A DNA stretch of 63,888 bases, the filler included, from Acidimicrobiia bacterium (GTDB lineage Bacteria > Actinomycetota > Acidimicrobiia > Spongiisociales > CAZKJJ01): assembly GCA_046759765.1 (NCBI GenBank). It is 4 parts of 4 records of this genome, joined end to end, with 100 filler letters (N's around TTAATTAATTAA, not from the genome) between each part and the next. Parts side by side here need not be neighbours in the genome. Positions count along the whole stretch, not along the records: positions 39,135 to 57,590 come from JBHICV010000035.1; 3 more parts are not named here. One strand, given 5' to 3'. Positions 39,267-49,100 of the stretch are shown in pieces. A program made the position numbers and the translations under genes. Below the pieces are notes generated by a model. The model had not been told where the DNA came from. It saw only the letters and a program-made list of their open reading frames with translations, and did no database searches. How positions within the stretch are numbered: position 1 is the stretch's first letter; every line of letters starts with the position of its first letter.

Positions 39267-41162
39267 ATGCAGAAGGCCTACACGCGGCTAGCTGATCCAC
39301 TGGTCCGGGAAAACGGATCACTGCGAACAGCGAGCTGGGACGAGGCCCTGGAGCGTGCGGCCGACGGGTTCCGACGAGTGGTGGCCGACCACGGCCCCAA
39401 GTCGTTCGGTTTGTTTTCCTGCTCCAAGGCGACCAACGAGATGAACTTCATCGCGCAGAAGTTCGCTCGGGTCGTTATCGGCAGCAACAACATCGACAGC
39501 TGCAACCGCACCTGACACGCCCCGTCGGTCGTCGGTCTGGCGGCCGTGTTTGGAGCTGGGGGAGGCACCAGCTCCTACGAGGAGGTTGAGGAGGCCGACC
39601 TCATCATCCTCTGGGGTTCGAACGCGCGCGAGGCGCACCCGATCTTCTTCCACCACGTCCTCAAAAGCATCCACCGCGGTGCTCGTCTCTACGTCGTCGA
39701 TCCACGCCGGACGACGTCGGCCGAGTGGGCCGACCTGTGGCTCGGCATCGACGTCGGCTCGGACATCGCGCTAGCCAACGCGGTCGCACGCGAGATCATC
39801 GCCGCTGGGCTGCAGCACGACGAGTTCATCGAGAAAGCCACCGTCGGATTCGAGGAGTATCGAGAAAGCGTCGAGCCATACACCCTCTCTTATGCCGAGC
39901 AAGTGACCGGAGTCCCTGCAAACGCCATTGCTGAACTCGCCTATGCCTACGCCACCGCCGAGAGGGCCCAGCTTTGCTGGACCCTCGGGATCACCGAGCA
40001 TCACAACGCCGTCGACAACGTTGTGGGGCTGATCAACCTGGCCCTGCTCACCGGTCACGTTGGACGGTATGGATCCGGAGTCAATCCGCTGCGGGGACAA
40101 AACAACGTTCAGGGGGGCGGCGACATGGGGGCTCTTCCCAACAAGCTGCCCGGGTTCCAGGACGTCGAGGACCCAGATGCGAGAGCCAAGTTCGAGGGCG
40201 TTTGGGGAGCGTCGGTCCCGCCCGAGGCCGGCTGGCATCTGTCGGCCATGTTCGATGCCATGGGTCGAGGGGAGCTTCACTGCCTTTACGTCATCGGAGA
40301 GAACCCCGCTCAGTCGGAGGCGCAGGCCGAGCACGCTCGCGAGCTCCTTGCGGGGCTGGACCACATCGTCGTCCAGGACATGTTCATGACGAGGACCGCG
40401 GAGATGGCGGATGTCGTCTTCCCGGCAGCAGCCGACTGGTGCGAGGCGGAAGGCACCGTCACCTCGAGTGAGCGCCGTGTGCAACGCGTGCGTAAGGCAC
40501 TCGAACCGCCCGGTGAGGCACGCGACGACCTGTCGATCATCGCCGCCTTAGCCACCGAGTTGGGCCACGATTGGGGAGACCTGACTGCCGAGCAGGCATG
40601 GGATGAGCTACGCAGCCTCTCGCCTGTGCACGCCGGCATGAGCTACCGGCGACTCGAGGAGCTCGGCGGTATTCAGTGGCCCTGCTACGACGAGGAGCAT
40701 CCCGGAGAGCAGTTCCTTCACTCGAGACTCTGGGCCGATCCTCCGGAAGGCCCGCTCGCACCCTTCCATGTCGTTCCTTGGGTGCCGCCGCTCGATGAGC
40801 TCACCGACGAGTTTCCGATTCGTCTCACCACCGGGCGCCGCCTCGACTCCTACAACACCGGTGTGCAGTCGGCGGGTTTCTCATCCCCGATGCGCCGCCC
40901 AGAGGCGGTTTGTCTGTCTCCCGAGGATGGCGTCGGCCTGGGGTTATCAGAGGGCGACAGGGTTCGGATCTCCTCCCGTCGAGCGGAGATCGAAGCTCCG
41001 GTTCATATAGACACGTCTCTGCGACCCGGGCTGGCCTTCATGACCCTCCACTTCCCGGACGACATCGACATCAACGCCCTCACGTCGGAGATCTGGGACC
41101 CGAAGTCGGGAACCGCAGAGTTCAAGGCAACCGCAATCCGGGTCGAGAAGCTGGCGGTGTGA
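39267..41162 (+). CDS. fdhF: Formate dehydrogenase catalytic (Mo/W-bisPGD) subunit, selenocysteine at in-frame TGA 39513-39515
   Basis: ORFs 39267 and 39546 share a frame; read-through gives NNIDSCNRT-U-HAPSVVGL, matching FdhF CARVUHGPS; PLRGQNNVQG present; SECIS-like hairpin follows. Confidence 0.9.
39516..39548 (+). promoter_or_regulatory. Bacterial SECIS element
   Basis: Stem GGTCGTC/GGCGGCC with GGTCT loop, beginning 11 nt after the UGA. Confidence 0.8.
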
Positions 41163-41163
41163 G

Positions 41164-42969
41164 GTGGATCTACGGCTGGCGGAGGCGCTCCCAACCGAGC
41201 AGGAGCGGGGCGCGGTCGATGCGCTTCTAGGGGAGCCTAAGACCGGCTGGCTGGGGGGAAGCCGGACCGCTCTCGACGGGCACATCTCCCGAGGAGGGCA
41301 CGCCCAGCGCGAGCAGAGGCATCTGCTGCTGCCTGCGCTGCACGCCCTCCAGTCCGAGATCGGTTGGATAAGTGAAGGCGGCCTCAACTACGTCTGCATG
41401 CGGCTGGTCGTCCCGCCCGCCGAGGCCTACGGAGTGGCCAGCTTCTACAGCCTCTTTGCCACTACGAAGCGACCCTCGACCGTTCTTCACGTCTGCGACG
41501 ACATCGCCTGTCAGCCCCGAGGAGCCGAGGCGCTCTGCGGTGAGCTCGAAGGCGTGCTGGGCCCGGAAGGCGGGAGTTGGGTACGGTCACCGTGCGTCGG
41601 GCTCTGTGATCTAGCACCCGCGGCTTTCGTGCAACGAACCGGGGAAGCAGACGTTTCTGTCGGGCAGGCAACAACCGAGATCGCCTCGCTGGCACTCAGA
41701 GAAAGTGGCCATCCTCCTGACGCCCGACTGGCCGTCCCGCAGGGAAGCGAAGGACTACGGCTCCTCCGGCGGATCGGGAGCGTAGACCCGGAGAGCATCG
41801 ACGACTATCGCGCTTCGGGCGGGTACGCGGCCTTGGCAAAGGCAATCCAGATCGGACCGGGCGCGGTCGTGTCCGAGGTCAAAGACTCCCGGCTGCTGGG
41901 TCGAGGTGGTGCCGCCTTCCCCGCGGGTGTGAAGTGGGAAGCCGTGGCCAACGCCGGCGACGCTCCCCGCTACGTCATTTGCAACGCCGACGAGTCTGAA
42001 CCAGGAACGTTCAAGGACCGGCTGCTGATGGAGGGCGATCCGTATGCGGTGATCGAAGCGATAACGATCGCCGGGTTCGCCGTTGGTGCGGAAAAGGGCT
42101 TCATCTATGTCCGCGGCGAATACCCGAAAGCCACCGAGTTGCTCCAGAAAGCCCTTGACCGGGCCCGGTCGGACGGCCTCCTAGGAGCCGACGTGATGGG
42201 AGGCGGCTTTGACTTTGATATCGAGCTCCGCCGCGGTGCCGGTGCCTACATCTGCGGCGAGGAGACCGCCCTGATGAACTCGATCGAGGGATATCGGGGC
42301 GAGCCAAGGAACAAACCCCCGTTCCCGACCGAAAACGGCCTGTTTGGACGGCCGACACTCGTGAACAACGTTGAGACACTTGTCTGCGTCCTCGACATCG
42401 TCATCGACGGCGGTCAGACGTTCGCCGCAACCGGAACAGAGGGATCCACCGGAACCAAGCTCTTCTGTCTCTCGGGCAGCGTCAAGGAGCCCGGCACGTA
42501 TGAGGTGCCGTTCGGTGCCACGGTTTCGGACCTCCTCGAACTGGCAGGGGGCGTTCCAGCCGGTAGAGAGGTACGCGCCGTCCTAGTCGGAGGTGCCGCC
42601 GGGGCGTTTCTGGGCCCCGACGATCTAGATCTGCCCCTGACGTTCGAAGCAACACGTTCCGCAGGCATCGGCCTCGGCTCGGGAGCGGTGATCGTGTTCG
42701 ACGACTCCGTGGACCTCGAGGCGATCCTCTTGCGGATCGCGGCCTTCTTTCGGGACGAGTCATGCGGACAATGTGTTCCGTGTCGCGTGGGAACGGTCCG
42801 CCAGGAAGAGTCTCTCGTACGCCACCTGAACGGCTCCCGAGACGAGCGAGAACTGCTGGATGACGTCGCGAAGGTCATGACCGATGCTTCGATTTGCGGC
42901 CTGGGACAGACCGCCGCCTCGGCAGTGCAATCCGCACTTCGGCTCGGTTTGGTCGGGGACCGAATATGA
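41164..42969 (+). CDS. Fused NuoE/NuoF-like (FdsG+FdsB) diaphorase subunit
   Basis: 2Fe-2S VCDDIAC...CVGLC; GRGGAAFP, NADESEPG, GAGAYICGEET, CGQCVPC...C. Confidence 0.92.
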   Translation: MDLRLAEALPTEQERGAVDALLGEPKTGWLGGSRTALDGHISRGGHAQREQRHLLLPALHALQSEIGWISEGGLNYVCMRLVVPPAEAYGVASFYSLFATTKRPSTVLHVCDDIACQPRGAEALCGELEGVLGPEGGSWVRSPCVGLCDLAPAAFVQRTGEADVSVGQATTEIASLALRESGHPPDARLAVPQGSEGLRLLRRIGSVDPESIDDYRASGGYAALAKAIQIGPGAVVSEVKDSRLLGRGGAAFPAGVKWEAVANAGDAPRYVICNADESEPGTFKDRLLMEGDPYAVIEAITIAGFAVGAEKGFIYVRGEYPKATELLQKALDRARSDGLLGADVMGGGFDFDIELRRGAGAYICGEETALMNSIEGYRGEPRNKPPFPTENGLFGRPTLVNNVETLVCVLDIVIDGGQTFAATGTEGSTGTKLFCLSGSVKEPGTYEVPFGATVSDLLELAGGVPAGREVRAVLVGGAAGAFLGPDDLDLPLTFEATRSAGIGLGSGAVIVFDDSVDLEAILLRIAAFFRDESCGQCVPCRVGTVRQEESLVRHLNGSRDERELLDDVAKVMTDASICGLGQTAASAVQSALRLGLVGDRI

Positions 42970-43904
42970 CGACCTCCGTCGCGCCGCCGCGCCCCCTCGT
43001 CGACGTGCGACTCGATGGTGAATCGGTCTCGGTACCGGAAGGCGCCACGATTCTCGATGCCGCCCGCTCGCGAAATATCGATGTCCCCACGCTCTGCTAT
43101 CTGCGCACGCTGAGCCCCATCAACGCATGTCGTGCCTGTGTCGTGGAGCTGGAGGGTTCCCGGGCACTCGTCCCGGCGTGCTCTCGCCAAGTGTCCGAAG
43201 AAATGGTCATCACGACGGACAATGAGCGCATTCGTCACAGCCGGCGGCTGGTTCTCGAGTTACTCGCCTCTTCGGTGGACCTGAGTCTCGCTACCGACGA
43301 GATCCACCGCTGGCTCGATCAATACGAGGTACGCCCTGACCGTTTCGGTCCACCGGCACCGCCCGCCGGCGAAGGAGAGAGAGACCGCCGACGTGCCGGA
43401 CACCACGCAACCCCTTCTGATGTGACCGCCGCGACCGTTTCGCAGCCACCGAAGATCGACAACGATCTCTACATCAGAGACTACGGGCGGTGCATTCTCT
43501 GCTATCGCTGTGTCGACGCGTGCGGAGTCGAGGCCCAGAACACATTCGCGATCAGTGCGGCCGGCCGCGGCTTCGATGCTCGCATTTCGACCGAATTCGA
43601 TGTCGCCCTTACGGAATCGGCTTGCGTGTATTGCGGCAACTGCATCGGCGTGTGCCCTACCGGGGCCCTGATGCCCAAGAGTGAGTACGACCTGCGTGCC
43701 TCAGGAGCTTGGGACGAGGATCGCCAAACCGTGACGCGCACGATCTGCCCTTTCTGCGGCGTCGGCTGCAACCTCGAGCTATATGTTCAGGACAACACCA
43801 TCGTCAAGGCGACTTCACCCATGGATCATGACGTGACGAGCGGCCATCTGTGCATCAAGGGCCGCTTCGGGTGGGAGCACGTGCAAAGGAGACCCGAGAC
43901 GTGA
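42966..43904 (+). CDS. Fe-S subunit equivalent to the FdsA/NuoG N-terminus (2Fe-2S, 2x4Fe-4S, Mo-bisPGD-type 4Fe-4S)
   Basis: PTLC...CRAC...C; CILCYRC..C; CVYCGNC..CP; CPFCGVGC...LCIKGRFG. Confidence 0.92.
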   Translation: MTTSVAPPRPLVDVRLDGESVSVPEGATILDAARSRNIDVPTLCYLRTLSPINACRACVVELEGSRALVPACSRQVSEEMVITTDNERIRHSRRLVLELLASSVDLSLATDEIHRWLDQYEVRPDRFGPPAPPAGEGERDRRRAGHHATPSDVTAATVSQPPKIDNDLYIRDYGRCILCYRCVDACGVEAQNTFAISAAGRGFDARISTEFDVALTESACVYCGNCIGVCPTGALMPKSEYDLRASGAWDEDRQTVTRTICPFCGVGCNLELYVQDNTIVKATSPMDHDVTSGHLCIKGRFGWEHVQRRPET

Positions 43905-45607
43905 CGGATGGGATTCCGACCGATCTCGAAATCGCTCGGGAGGCTCGTCTCGGCCCGATCGAGCTGGTCGCTGCCGACATGGGCATAGACCCACGCTTCG
44001 TGGAGGAGTACGGACGGCACGTTGCCAAGATCGACCTCGACGCGGTGGCGGACATGAGCGACCGGCCCCGCGCTCGCTACGTCGTCGTCACCGCCATGAC
44101 ACCGACACCGCTGGGGGAGGGAAAAACCACCGTGAGCGTTGGGCTGGGCCAGGCGTTCCGGTATCTGTCGAAGCGAGCCGTCGTTGCTATCCGCCAGCCG
44201 TCGATGGGACCCACGTTTGGTATCAAAGGAGGAGCAGCAGGGGGCGGCTACTCCCAGGTGGTTCCAATGGAGAGCCTCAACCTCCACCTGACCGGAGACA
44301 TGCATGCGGTGACCGCGGCCCACAACCTCCTCGCCGCTGTCGTCGACAACCACCTTTACCGCCATAGCTCCGCGGATCTTGACCTCGCTCGGGTGACTTG
44401 GCAGCGGGTGTTAGACGTCAACGACCGAGCGCTACGCAACATCGTGGTCGGACTCGGCGCTCGGATCGATGGAATTCCCCGCCAGGCTGGGTTCGACATC
44501 ACCCCTGCCTCGGAGGTGATGGCGGTCCTTGCTCTGTCCACCTCCCTGGCCGACCTGCGCACCCGGGTGGGCAAGATCGTTGTGGGTCCGGATCACTCGG
44601 GCGAGCCCGTCACCGCTGAAGATCTGGAAGCAGCCGGGGCCATGACGGTGATCCTCCGTGACGCGATCAAGCCGAACCTGCTGCAGACGCTCGAAGGCAC
44701 GCCCGTTCTCGTTCATGCGGGTCCGTTCGCCAACATCGCACATGGGAACTCGTCGGTCGTGGCCGACCTGATCGGCATTCGAAGTGGGGACTTCCTCATC
44801 ACCGAGGCGGGCTTCGGCTCGGACATGGGAGCCGAACGGTTCTTCAACCTGAAGTGCCGTGTCTCCGGTCTGGTCCCAGATGCGGCCGTGATAATTGCCA
44901 CGGTCAGAGCGCTCAAATCCCACTCGGGAAGGCACCGGGTAGTTGCAGGGCGCGACCTGCCGCCGGCTTTGCTGGCGGAGAATCCAGACGACGTATACGA
45001 GGGTGCCGACAACTTGCTGCGGCACATCGAGATCGTCCAGCGGCATGGCGTGACGCCGGTCGTGGCTATCAATGCGTTTCCGACCGATCATGCCTCCGAG
45101 CTCGATGCGGTCGGGGCGATCGCTGAGTCTGTAGGCATTCGATCCGCGGTGGCATATCCGTATACCAAGGGCGGGAAGGGAGCCGTCGAGCTGGCCGAGG
45201 CTCTTACCGACGCGGTAGATGAACCCTCGGCGTTCGGGTTTCTATATCCAGAAGAATTGTCGCTCAGAGAAAAGATCGAGACGATCGCCGATCGCGTCTA
45301 TGGCGCCGAGGGAGGTGTTGCCTACTCCGTCGCCGCCACCAGACAACTCGAAGAGATGGAGCGGCTTGGCTACGGAGGCTTCTCGGTGTGCGTGGCCAAG
45401 ACAAATCTCTCGTTGTCCGCCGACCCGATGCTGATGGGCGCGCCAACCGATTGGATGCTGCCGGTGAGAGAGGTTCGGGCGGCAGTCGGAGCAGGCTTCA
45501 TCGTTCCGATCTGTGGCGATATACGGCTCATGCCCGGGCTCGGATCGTCCCCTTCGCTGGAACGAATGGATCTGGATGACGAGGGTCAGATCGTCGGACT
45601 GAGCTGA
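43901..45607 (+). CDS. fhs: Formate--tetrahydrofolate ligase
   Basis: TPLGEGKTT, GIKGGAAGGGYSQ, HAGPFANIAHG and TEAGFG motifs; GTGA overlap. Confidence 0.97.
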   Translation: MTDGIPTDLEIAREARLGPIELVAADMGIDPRFVEEYGRHVAKIDLDAVADMSDRPRARYVVVTAMTPTPLGEGKTTVSVGLGQAFRYLSKRAVVAIRQPSMGPTFGIKGGAAGGGYSQVVPMESLNLHLTGDMHAVTAAHNLLAAVVDNHLYRHSSADLDLARVTWQRVLDVNDRALRNIVVGLGARIDGIPRQAGFDITPASEVMAVLALSTSLADLRTRVGKIVVGPDHSGEPVTAEDLEAAGAMTVILRDAIKPNLLQTLEGTPVLVHAGPFANIAHGNSSVVADLIGIRSGDFLITEAGFGSDMGAERFFNLKCRVSGLVPDAAVIIATVRALKSHSGRHRVVAGRDLPPALLAENPDDVYEGADNLLRHIEIVQRHGVTPVVAINAFPTDHASELDAVGAIAESVGIRSAVAYPYTKGGKGAVELAEALTDAVDEPSAFGFLYPEELSLREKIETIADRVYGAEGGVAYSVAATRQLEEMERLGYGGFSVCVAKTNLSLSADPMLMGAPTDWMLPVREVRAAVGAGFIVPICGDIRLMPGLGSSPSLERMDLDDEGQIVGLS

Positions 45608-47529
45608 GCCTCGGTTGCCTCTGTTTCGGGGTGCTGCTCCGCCAGCGGGAGGCTCAGCACAAAGACGCTGAGACCATCCCTCTTTCGGTAGGTGACGTCT
45701 CCTCCCATGAGCCGGGCGAGCTGCCTTGACACAGTCAGCCCCAGGCCAACTGAGGCGGGCTGACTCGTTTTCGGGTGAGCTCGCTGGTAGGGATCGAAGA
45801 TGCGGTCCACGTCCTCGGGGATGATTCCTTCGCCGTCGTCGCGGACCTCCAATATGGCCAGTCCGTCATTCTCGGCAGTTTCGAGTTCGATGTGGGAGCC
45901 GCCATATCGGAAGGCGTTGGTGAGGAGATTGCGGATGATCTGGCGGACACGAGTGGGGTCGGCGATGCAGTGCGTCGGATGGCAGACGGCGTCGATGCGC
46001 GACTGGTCTTCTTCCGGTAGTGCAGGAAGCACCGAGCAGACCTCCTCGGCCAGGTCGATCGCTTCTGGCTGGATGGAGACCATTCCGATGTCGGCCCGGG
46101 CCGCCACCAGCAGATCGTTGACGATATCTGCGACCTCCGTGGCCTGGCCGGCGATCATGTCGATCAGCTCCGACCGCTCGGCAGGACTGAACGAATCTTG
46201 GCTGTCGCGGAGCTCCTGCGCGAGTCCGACCACCGCGGTAAGCGGGGTTCTCAGTTCGTGGCTAACGCTGGCGACGAACTCGTCCTTCGAACGGATGAGC
46301 TCCTCGAGCCGGGTCTCGTACTCCTTCCGCTCGGTGATATCGCGGCTGACCGTCTCGATATAGGCGAGTTGACCGTCGCCGTCGTAGATCGGGGTCATTC
46401 TCATCTCCGCCCACACTTCTTTGCCGGACTTGGAGATGGCGCGAACGGTTAGGGCCTCCTCCCACCGCTCCGGATGGTCCATGAACTCGGCCAATCGCGC
46501 CTTGTCGGCGGGATGGGTGATCCGACGCATGATGTAACCGTCGGCGTAGAAGTCTTCCGGTGTGTACCCGATCATGGGCTCGATTGCCGGGCTCACGTAC
46601 TCCCATCTCGGCTCTGGGTGGAGACGCAGTCGGGTGATGGCATCGGCCGCGTTGGTTGCCAGCCGCTCGAATCGGTCGCGGCTGTCCTTGAGAGCCCGTT
46701 CGGTCTGCTTCCGCCGGGAGATATCGGACATAGCCACGATGACGTGGCTGTAATCGGTAGCTCCGTGGGACTTCACGCTCCAGCGGATCGTCATGTCGCG
46801 GGTCCGTCCGGTGCGCGTCTCCCCGACGAACTCGTATTCCAGCTCCTCCCGACGCTCCCACACCGCTAGCAGCTGCTGTACGTAGGACTCCCGTGCGGTC
46901 TCCTCCTGCGGCTCGGGGAGCCGTCCTGTCAATTCCTCGCGCGAACTCACTCCCACGAGCTCGACCGCAGCCTCATTGACGTCCAACACGTCGATGAGGC
47001 CCACGAGGCGGTTTAGCTCCCCGGGTCGCTCGTGTAGGTAGGCCTCGAGGTCGTCGACACCGGCCTCGCCTAGCTCCTCCAGTGCGTTCCGCACCTGCGA
47101 GAAATCCTCTTCCCACAGAGCAATGGGAGACCGGTCGAACAGGTCGTGATAGCGGCGTTCACCCGCCTGGACGGACCGCTGGAGATGGTTGGCGATGAAG
47201 GAGGCCCCGATGAAGGCAGCGACGCTCCCGGTCGCCCCTCCAATGATCACCGCCGCGCTGTCGCCACTGTCCCACAGCACCTGTGCTCCGACCAGCAGAC
47301 CGCTGTATGAGGCGAGATGCCACCACCTCACCCGCGGCAAGAACAGCGTCCACACCATGCCAATCACGACGAGGGCGACTGCCGCGGCCTGGATGTATGT
47401 ACCTGACCCGAGCACAGCTACTTGGCCGACGGTCACCCCGGCAGCAACCAGAAGAATCAGTTGAGTGTTGTATCGCTCTGTACCGAGCTGATAGATGCCG
47501 AACGCCGCCACGATCGAAGGTGCGATCAT
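45586..47529 (-). CDS. Membrane PAS-domain sensor histidine kinase
   Basis: TM region, two PAS/PAC domains, SHELRTPL, NLLTNA, DDGEG, GLGL; an upstream in-frame extension is broken by TAA. Confidence 0.9.
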   Translation of the reverse strand: MIAPSIVAAFGIYQLGTERYNTQLILLVAAGVTVGQVAVLGSGTYIQAAAVALVVIGMVWTLFLPRVRWWHLASYSGLLVGAQVLWDSGDSAAVIIGGATGSVAAFIGASFIANHLQRSVQAGERRYHDLFDRSPIALWEEDFSQVRNALEELGEAGVDDLEAYLHERPGELNRLVGLIDVLDVNEAAVELVGVSSREELTGRLPEPQEETARESYVQQLLAVWERREELEYEFVGETRTGRTRDMTIRWSVKSHGATDYSHVIVAMSDISRRKQTERALKDSRDRFERLATNAADAITRLRLHPEPRWEYVSPAIEPMIGYTPEDFYADGYIMRRITHPADKARLAEFMDHPERWEEALTVRAISKSGKEVWAEMRMTPIYDGDGQLAYIETVSRDITERKEYETRLEELIRSKDEFVASVSHELRTPLTAVVGLAQELRDSQDSFSPAERSELIDMIAGQATEVADIVNDLLVAARADIGMVSIQPEAIDLAEEVCSVLPALPEEDQSRIDAVCHPTHCIADPTRVRQIIRNLLTNAFRYGGSHIELETAENDGLAILEVRDDGEGIIPEDVDRIFDPYQRAHPKTSQPASVGLGLTVSRQLARLMGGDVTYRKRDGLSVFVLSLPLAEQHPETEATEAQLSPTI

Positions 47530-47739
47530 GCGAAGAATCGCCTGCTCATCACCGGCCAGCAGCCCACCTTAAAGGACAAGGACTGCCGCGATCGTCGACA
47601 GCCACGTGGCCAACATCGCCACGACGCGGCGCAACTCCGTGGAGGGGCTTATGTACGCGGACTCGGCTAGCAAAGGCACCAGAAGAATTCATCGGAGCCG
47701 TCCGCCGGTCTCTTGACCGTGGGATAGGATCCGCGGACG

Positions 47740-48177
47740 ATGGACGTCGCGGACATGAAAGGCCTGGATCTCGGGACGAGCGAATGGCTCGAGATAACGC
47801 AAGACCGCATCGACGCGTTCGCGGATGCGACCGGCGACCATCAGTGGATTCATGTTGACCCGGAACGGGCCGCCGCCGGTCCCTACGGTTCGACAATTGC
47901 CCATGGGTTTCTGACCCTCTCTCTTCTGCCCTACCTCAATTCAGAGATTCGTTGGCCTGTCGAGGGCGCCAAGATGACCATCAACTATGGGCTCGACCGG
48001 GTGCGCTTCATCACGCCGATCCCTGTTGGCTCACGGGTTCGTTCCCATGTCAGGATCATCGAGGCAGCCGAGGTCGATGGAGGTATTCAGTTCAAGAGCG
48101 AGGTAACGGTCGAGTTGCAAGGATCGGAGAGGCCGGGGTGTGTGGCCGAGACCCTCAGCCGGGTGATGTTGGGCTAA
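47740..48177 (+). CDS. MaoC-family dehydratase
   Basis: FADATGDHQWIH, IAHGFLTL and NYG.DRVRF motifs. Confidence 0.94.
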   Translation: MDVADMKGLDLGTSEWLEITQDRIDAFADATGDHQWIHVDPERAAAGPYGSTIAHGFLTLSLLPYLNSEIRWPVEGAKMTINYGLDRVRFITPIPVGSRVRSHVRIIEAAEVDGGIQFKSEVTVELQGSERPGCVAETLSRVMLG

Positions 48178-48190
48178 GTTCTAGGAAGCG

Positions 48191-48427
48191 ATGCAGATCT
48201 ACGTCGGCAACCTGCCCTGGTCTTATACCTCCGCCGATCTGCGCGATCTCTTTGAGGCGCATGGCGCAGTGGTCACTGCCAACGTCGTCGTCGAGCGGGA
48301 CACGGGGCGCTCGCGCGGGTTCGGGTTCGTGGAGATGGAGTCAGAGGACGAGGCAAAGGCCGCCATCGAGGCTCTCCACGGCAGCGACTGCGATGGTCGC
48401 AAGCTGACTGTCGAGACGGCGCGCTGA
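48191..48427 (+). CDS. RRM (RNP-1) RNA-binding protein
   Basis: RNP2 IYVGNL; RNP1 RGFGFVEM. Confidence 0.95.
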   Translation: MQIYVGNLPWSYTSADLRDLFEAHGAVVTANVVVERDTGRSRGFGFVEMESEDEAKAAIEALHGSDCDGRKLTVETAR

Positions 48428-48428
48428 G

Positions 48429-49100
48429 TTAACCGAGCTTTCCTAGATAAAGAATTTCCCTGGTGGGTTGCAGTGATCCACCAGCCGGTTCGATCGTTAT
48501 GCCGGCCGCGTCGGCGGCACCGAAGTCACCCTCCACTAGGAAACCAACCGTCCCGTTGTCAGGTCTGAAGGTCCCGGCTGGGACCGGCCCTGCCTCTTCG
48601 ATCAGCCACAGCTGGTACGTGCTGGCGCCCGGCAGATCTTCGACGCCACTCATGGCCAGCACTCCGGCTTCCTCCGCGATCGAGTAGACGAGCCGTGCAA
48701 CAGATGGCCCCTCCAAAACGGCCAGCTGTGCATCGGGCGCCGCCAAGATCTCAGAGGCACGATCGCCGGTCGCCCTAGTGGCGGCAACGACGCCGGCCAA
48801 GGCCAGAACCACGGCGGCCAGGGCGGCAACCACCGGAATGAAGGCCCGTTGACGCCAGGACGCTCTCTTCCGCGGTGGCTTGCGGCTCGGATCGAGGTCC
48901 GCCATAACCCGCGCTTTGAGAGTCTCCGGCGGGAGTGTCTCCTGGGCTACACCAACTCTGGTGACGACCTCCTGAAATGAAGCGACGTCGGCTTGACAAG
49001 CATCACAGCCTTCGAGATGTCGCTCGAATCGCTCCCGGTCGGCGGCATCGAGGGCATCGAGCGCATAGGCCGCAGCCAGGTCGTGGAGGTCGTCAGTCAT
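48429..49100 (-). CDS. rskA: Anti-sigma-K factor RskA
   Basis: AYALDAL, HxxxCxxC, TM helix, YQLW, TIEPAGGS.QPT. Confidence 0.92.
   Translation of the reverse strand: MTDDLHDLAAAYALDALDAADRERFERHLEGCDACQADVASFQEVVTRVGVAQETLPPETLKARVMADLDPSRKPPRKRASWRQRAFIPVVAALAAVVLALAGVVAATRATGDRASEILAAPDAQLAVLEGPSVARLVYSIAEEAGVLAMSGVEDLPGASTYQLWLIEEAGPVPAGTFRPDNGTVGFLVEGDFGAADAAGITIEPAGGSLQPTREILYLGKLG

Noticed and set aside
39267..39515. 82-aa ORF as a separate gene, or FDH as a nonsense pseudogene
   Set aside because: The TGA falls on the catalytic Sec/Cys position and is followed by a SECIS-like hairpin
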